Source of the DNA: Amoeboaphelidium occidentale
Lineage: Eukaryota
Length of the DNA stretch: 57,348 nucleotides
Direction: 5' to 3'
NCBI GenBank assembly: GCA_023515795.1
Contig: JALGPX010000071.1
Coordinates: 1 to 57,348, forward strand
The notes under the pieces are model-generated. The model had not been told where the DNA came from. It ran no database searches and saw nothing but the letters and a program-made list of their open reading frames with translations. Every line of letters begins with the position of its first letter. Position 1 is the stretch's first letter. Shown piece after piece: positions 56,847 through 57,348 of the stretch. A program made the position numbers and the translations under genes.

Positions 56847-57348
56847 GTGTTCTGTGCGTTTAAAGAGCCAATGAAAGCAAACCAGCCAAAACACCGAAGA
56901 TACCTGTTGCAACGAATGAAGATGCATCAGAAGTTGGGGTTGATGTAGTAGTGTCAGTGGTGGTGGTTGAACCAGAAGTTGATCCTGAACCGTTTCCACC
57001 GTTAACACCAGCCTGGCAAGTTGTCTTACCATCCTTGACAATGCATCCGTTCCATGCACCTGAACCCTGGCAAGAAAGATCGTCGTAAGCACAAGCAATT
57101 TTACCAGAAGCTGCACCAGCAACACTGTTTCCATTGTAAGAAGCGCGACCATTGATTGCACCTTCAGCGATACATTTTGCATCACCAACTGCACAACCAG
57201 CAGCACCGTTAGCAGCACCACCGACGCTCAAACCTTTTGGACCAGTTGCCTGACCAGAAACTGCACCCTTAACAGCAACACCCTTCTCGTTTGCAGCACC
57301 AGCACCGCTAGCAGCACCAGCAACATTGACAACGTAACCATTAACATT
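56847..57348. repeat. Right arm of the terminal 502-bp inverted repeat
   Basis: Reverse complement of 1-502. Confidence 0.95.
56860..57348 (-). CDS. 5'-truncated putative GPI-anchored surface protein (copy B)
   Basis: Reverse complement of 1-489 with two nonsynonymous differences: G to V at codon 26 and N to K at codon 38 of the visible part. Confidence 0.75.
   Translation of the reverse strand, partial: NVNGYVVNVAGAASGAGAANEKGVAVKGAVSGQATGPKGLSVGGAANGAAGCAVGDAKCIAEGAINGRASYNGNSVAGAASGKIACAYDDLSCQGSGAWNGCIVKDGKTTCQAGVNGGNGSGSTSGSTTTTDTTTSTPTSDASSFVATGIFGVLAGLLSLAL

Overview
Very gene-dense eukaryotic scaffold using the standard code, with 37-43 nt GT-AG introns and intergenic gaps often of 10-60 bp. 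The gene content suggests an early-diverging fungus or aphelid-like opisthokont (inference). About 25 conserved genes are recognisable: DHFR, NOP56, Set9-like methyltransferase, RFWD3, AsnRS, riboflavin synthase, RAD21, proteasome alpha6, RPN13, COQ8, malate synthase, M17 LAP, Pumilio, an ABCC transporter, mitochondrial uL14 and tRNA-Val(AAC). Accessory islands lie between them: four Crinkler-like nuclease genes, a probable haplotype-specific insertion ending in an HSP70 fragment joined to a Polinton/virophage-type integrase, LTR-like repeats beside the tRNA, a secreted papain-like protein and three tandem PCL-type cyclins. The most notable signal is absent from the ORF track: the C-terminal zinc finger and RuvC-III segment of a Fanzor1/TnpB-like RNA-guided nuclease (52438-52632), followed directly by a structured ~160-nt putative omegaRNA scaffold. 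The two window ends are 502-bp inverted copies of a GPI-anchored surface-protein gene. Ten N junctions are flanked by near-identical duplicates that look like allelic bubbles laid in tandem by the assembler. All family assignments come from motif recognition by eye; no searches were run.
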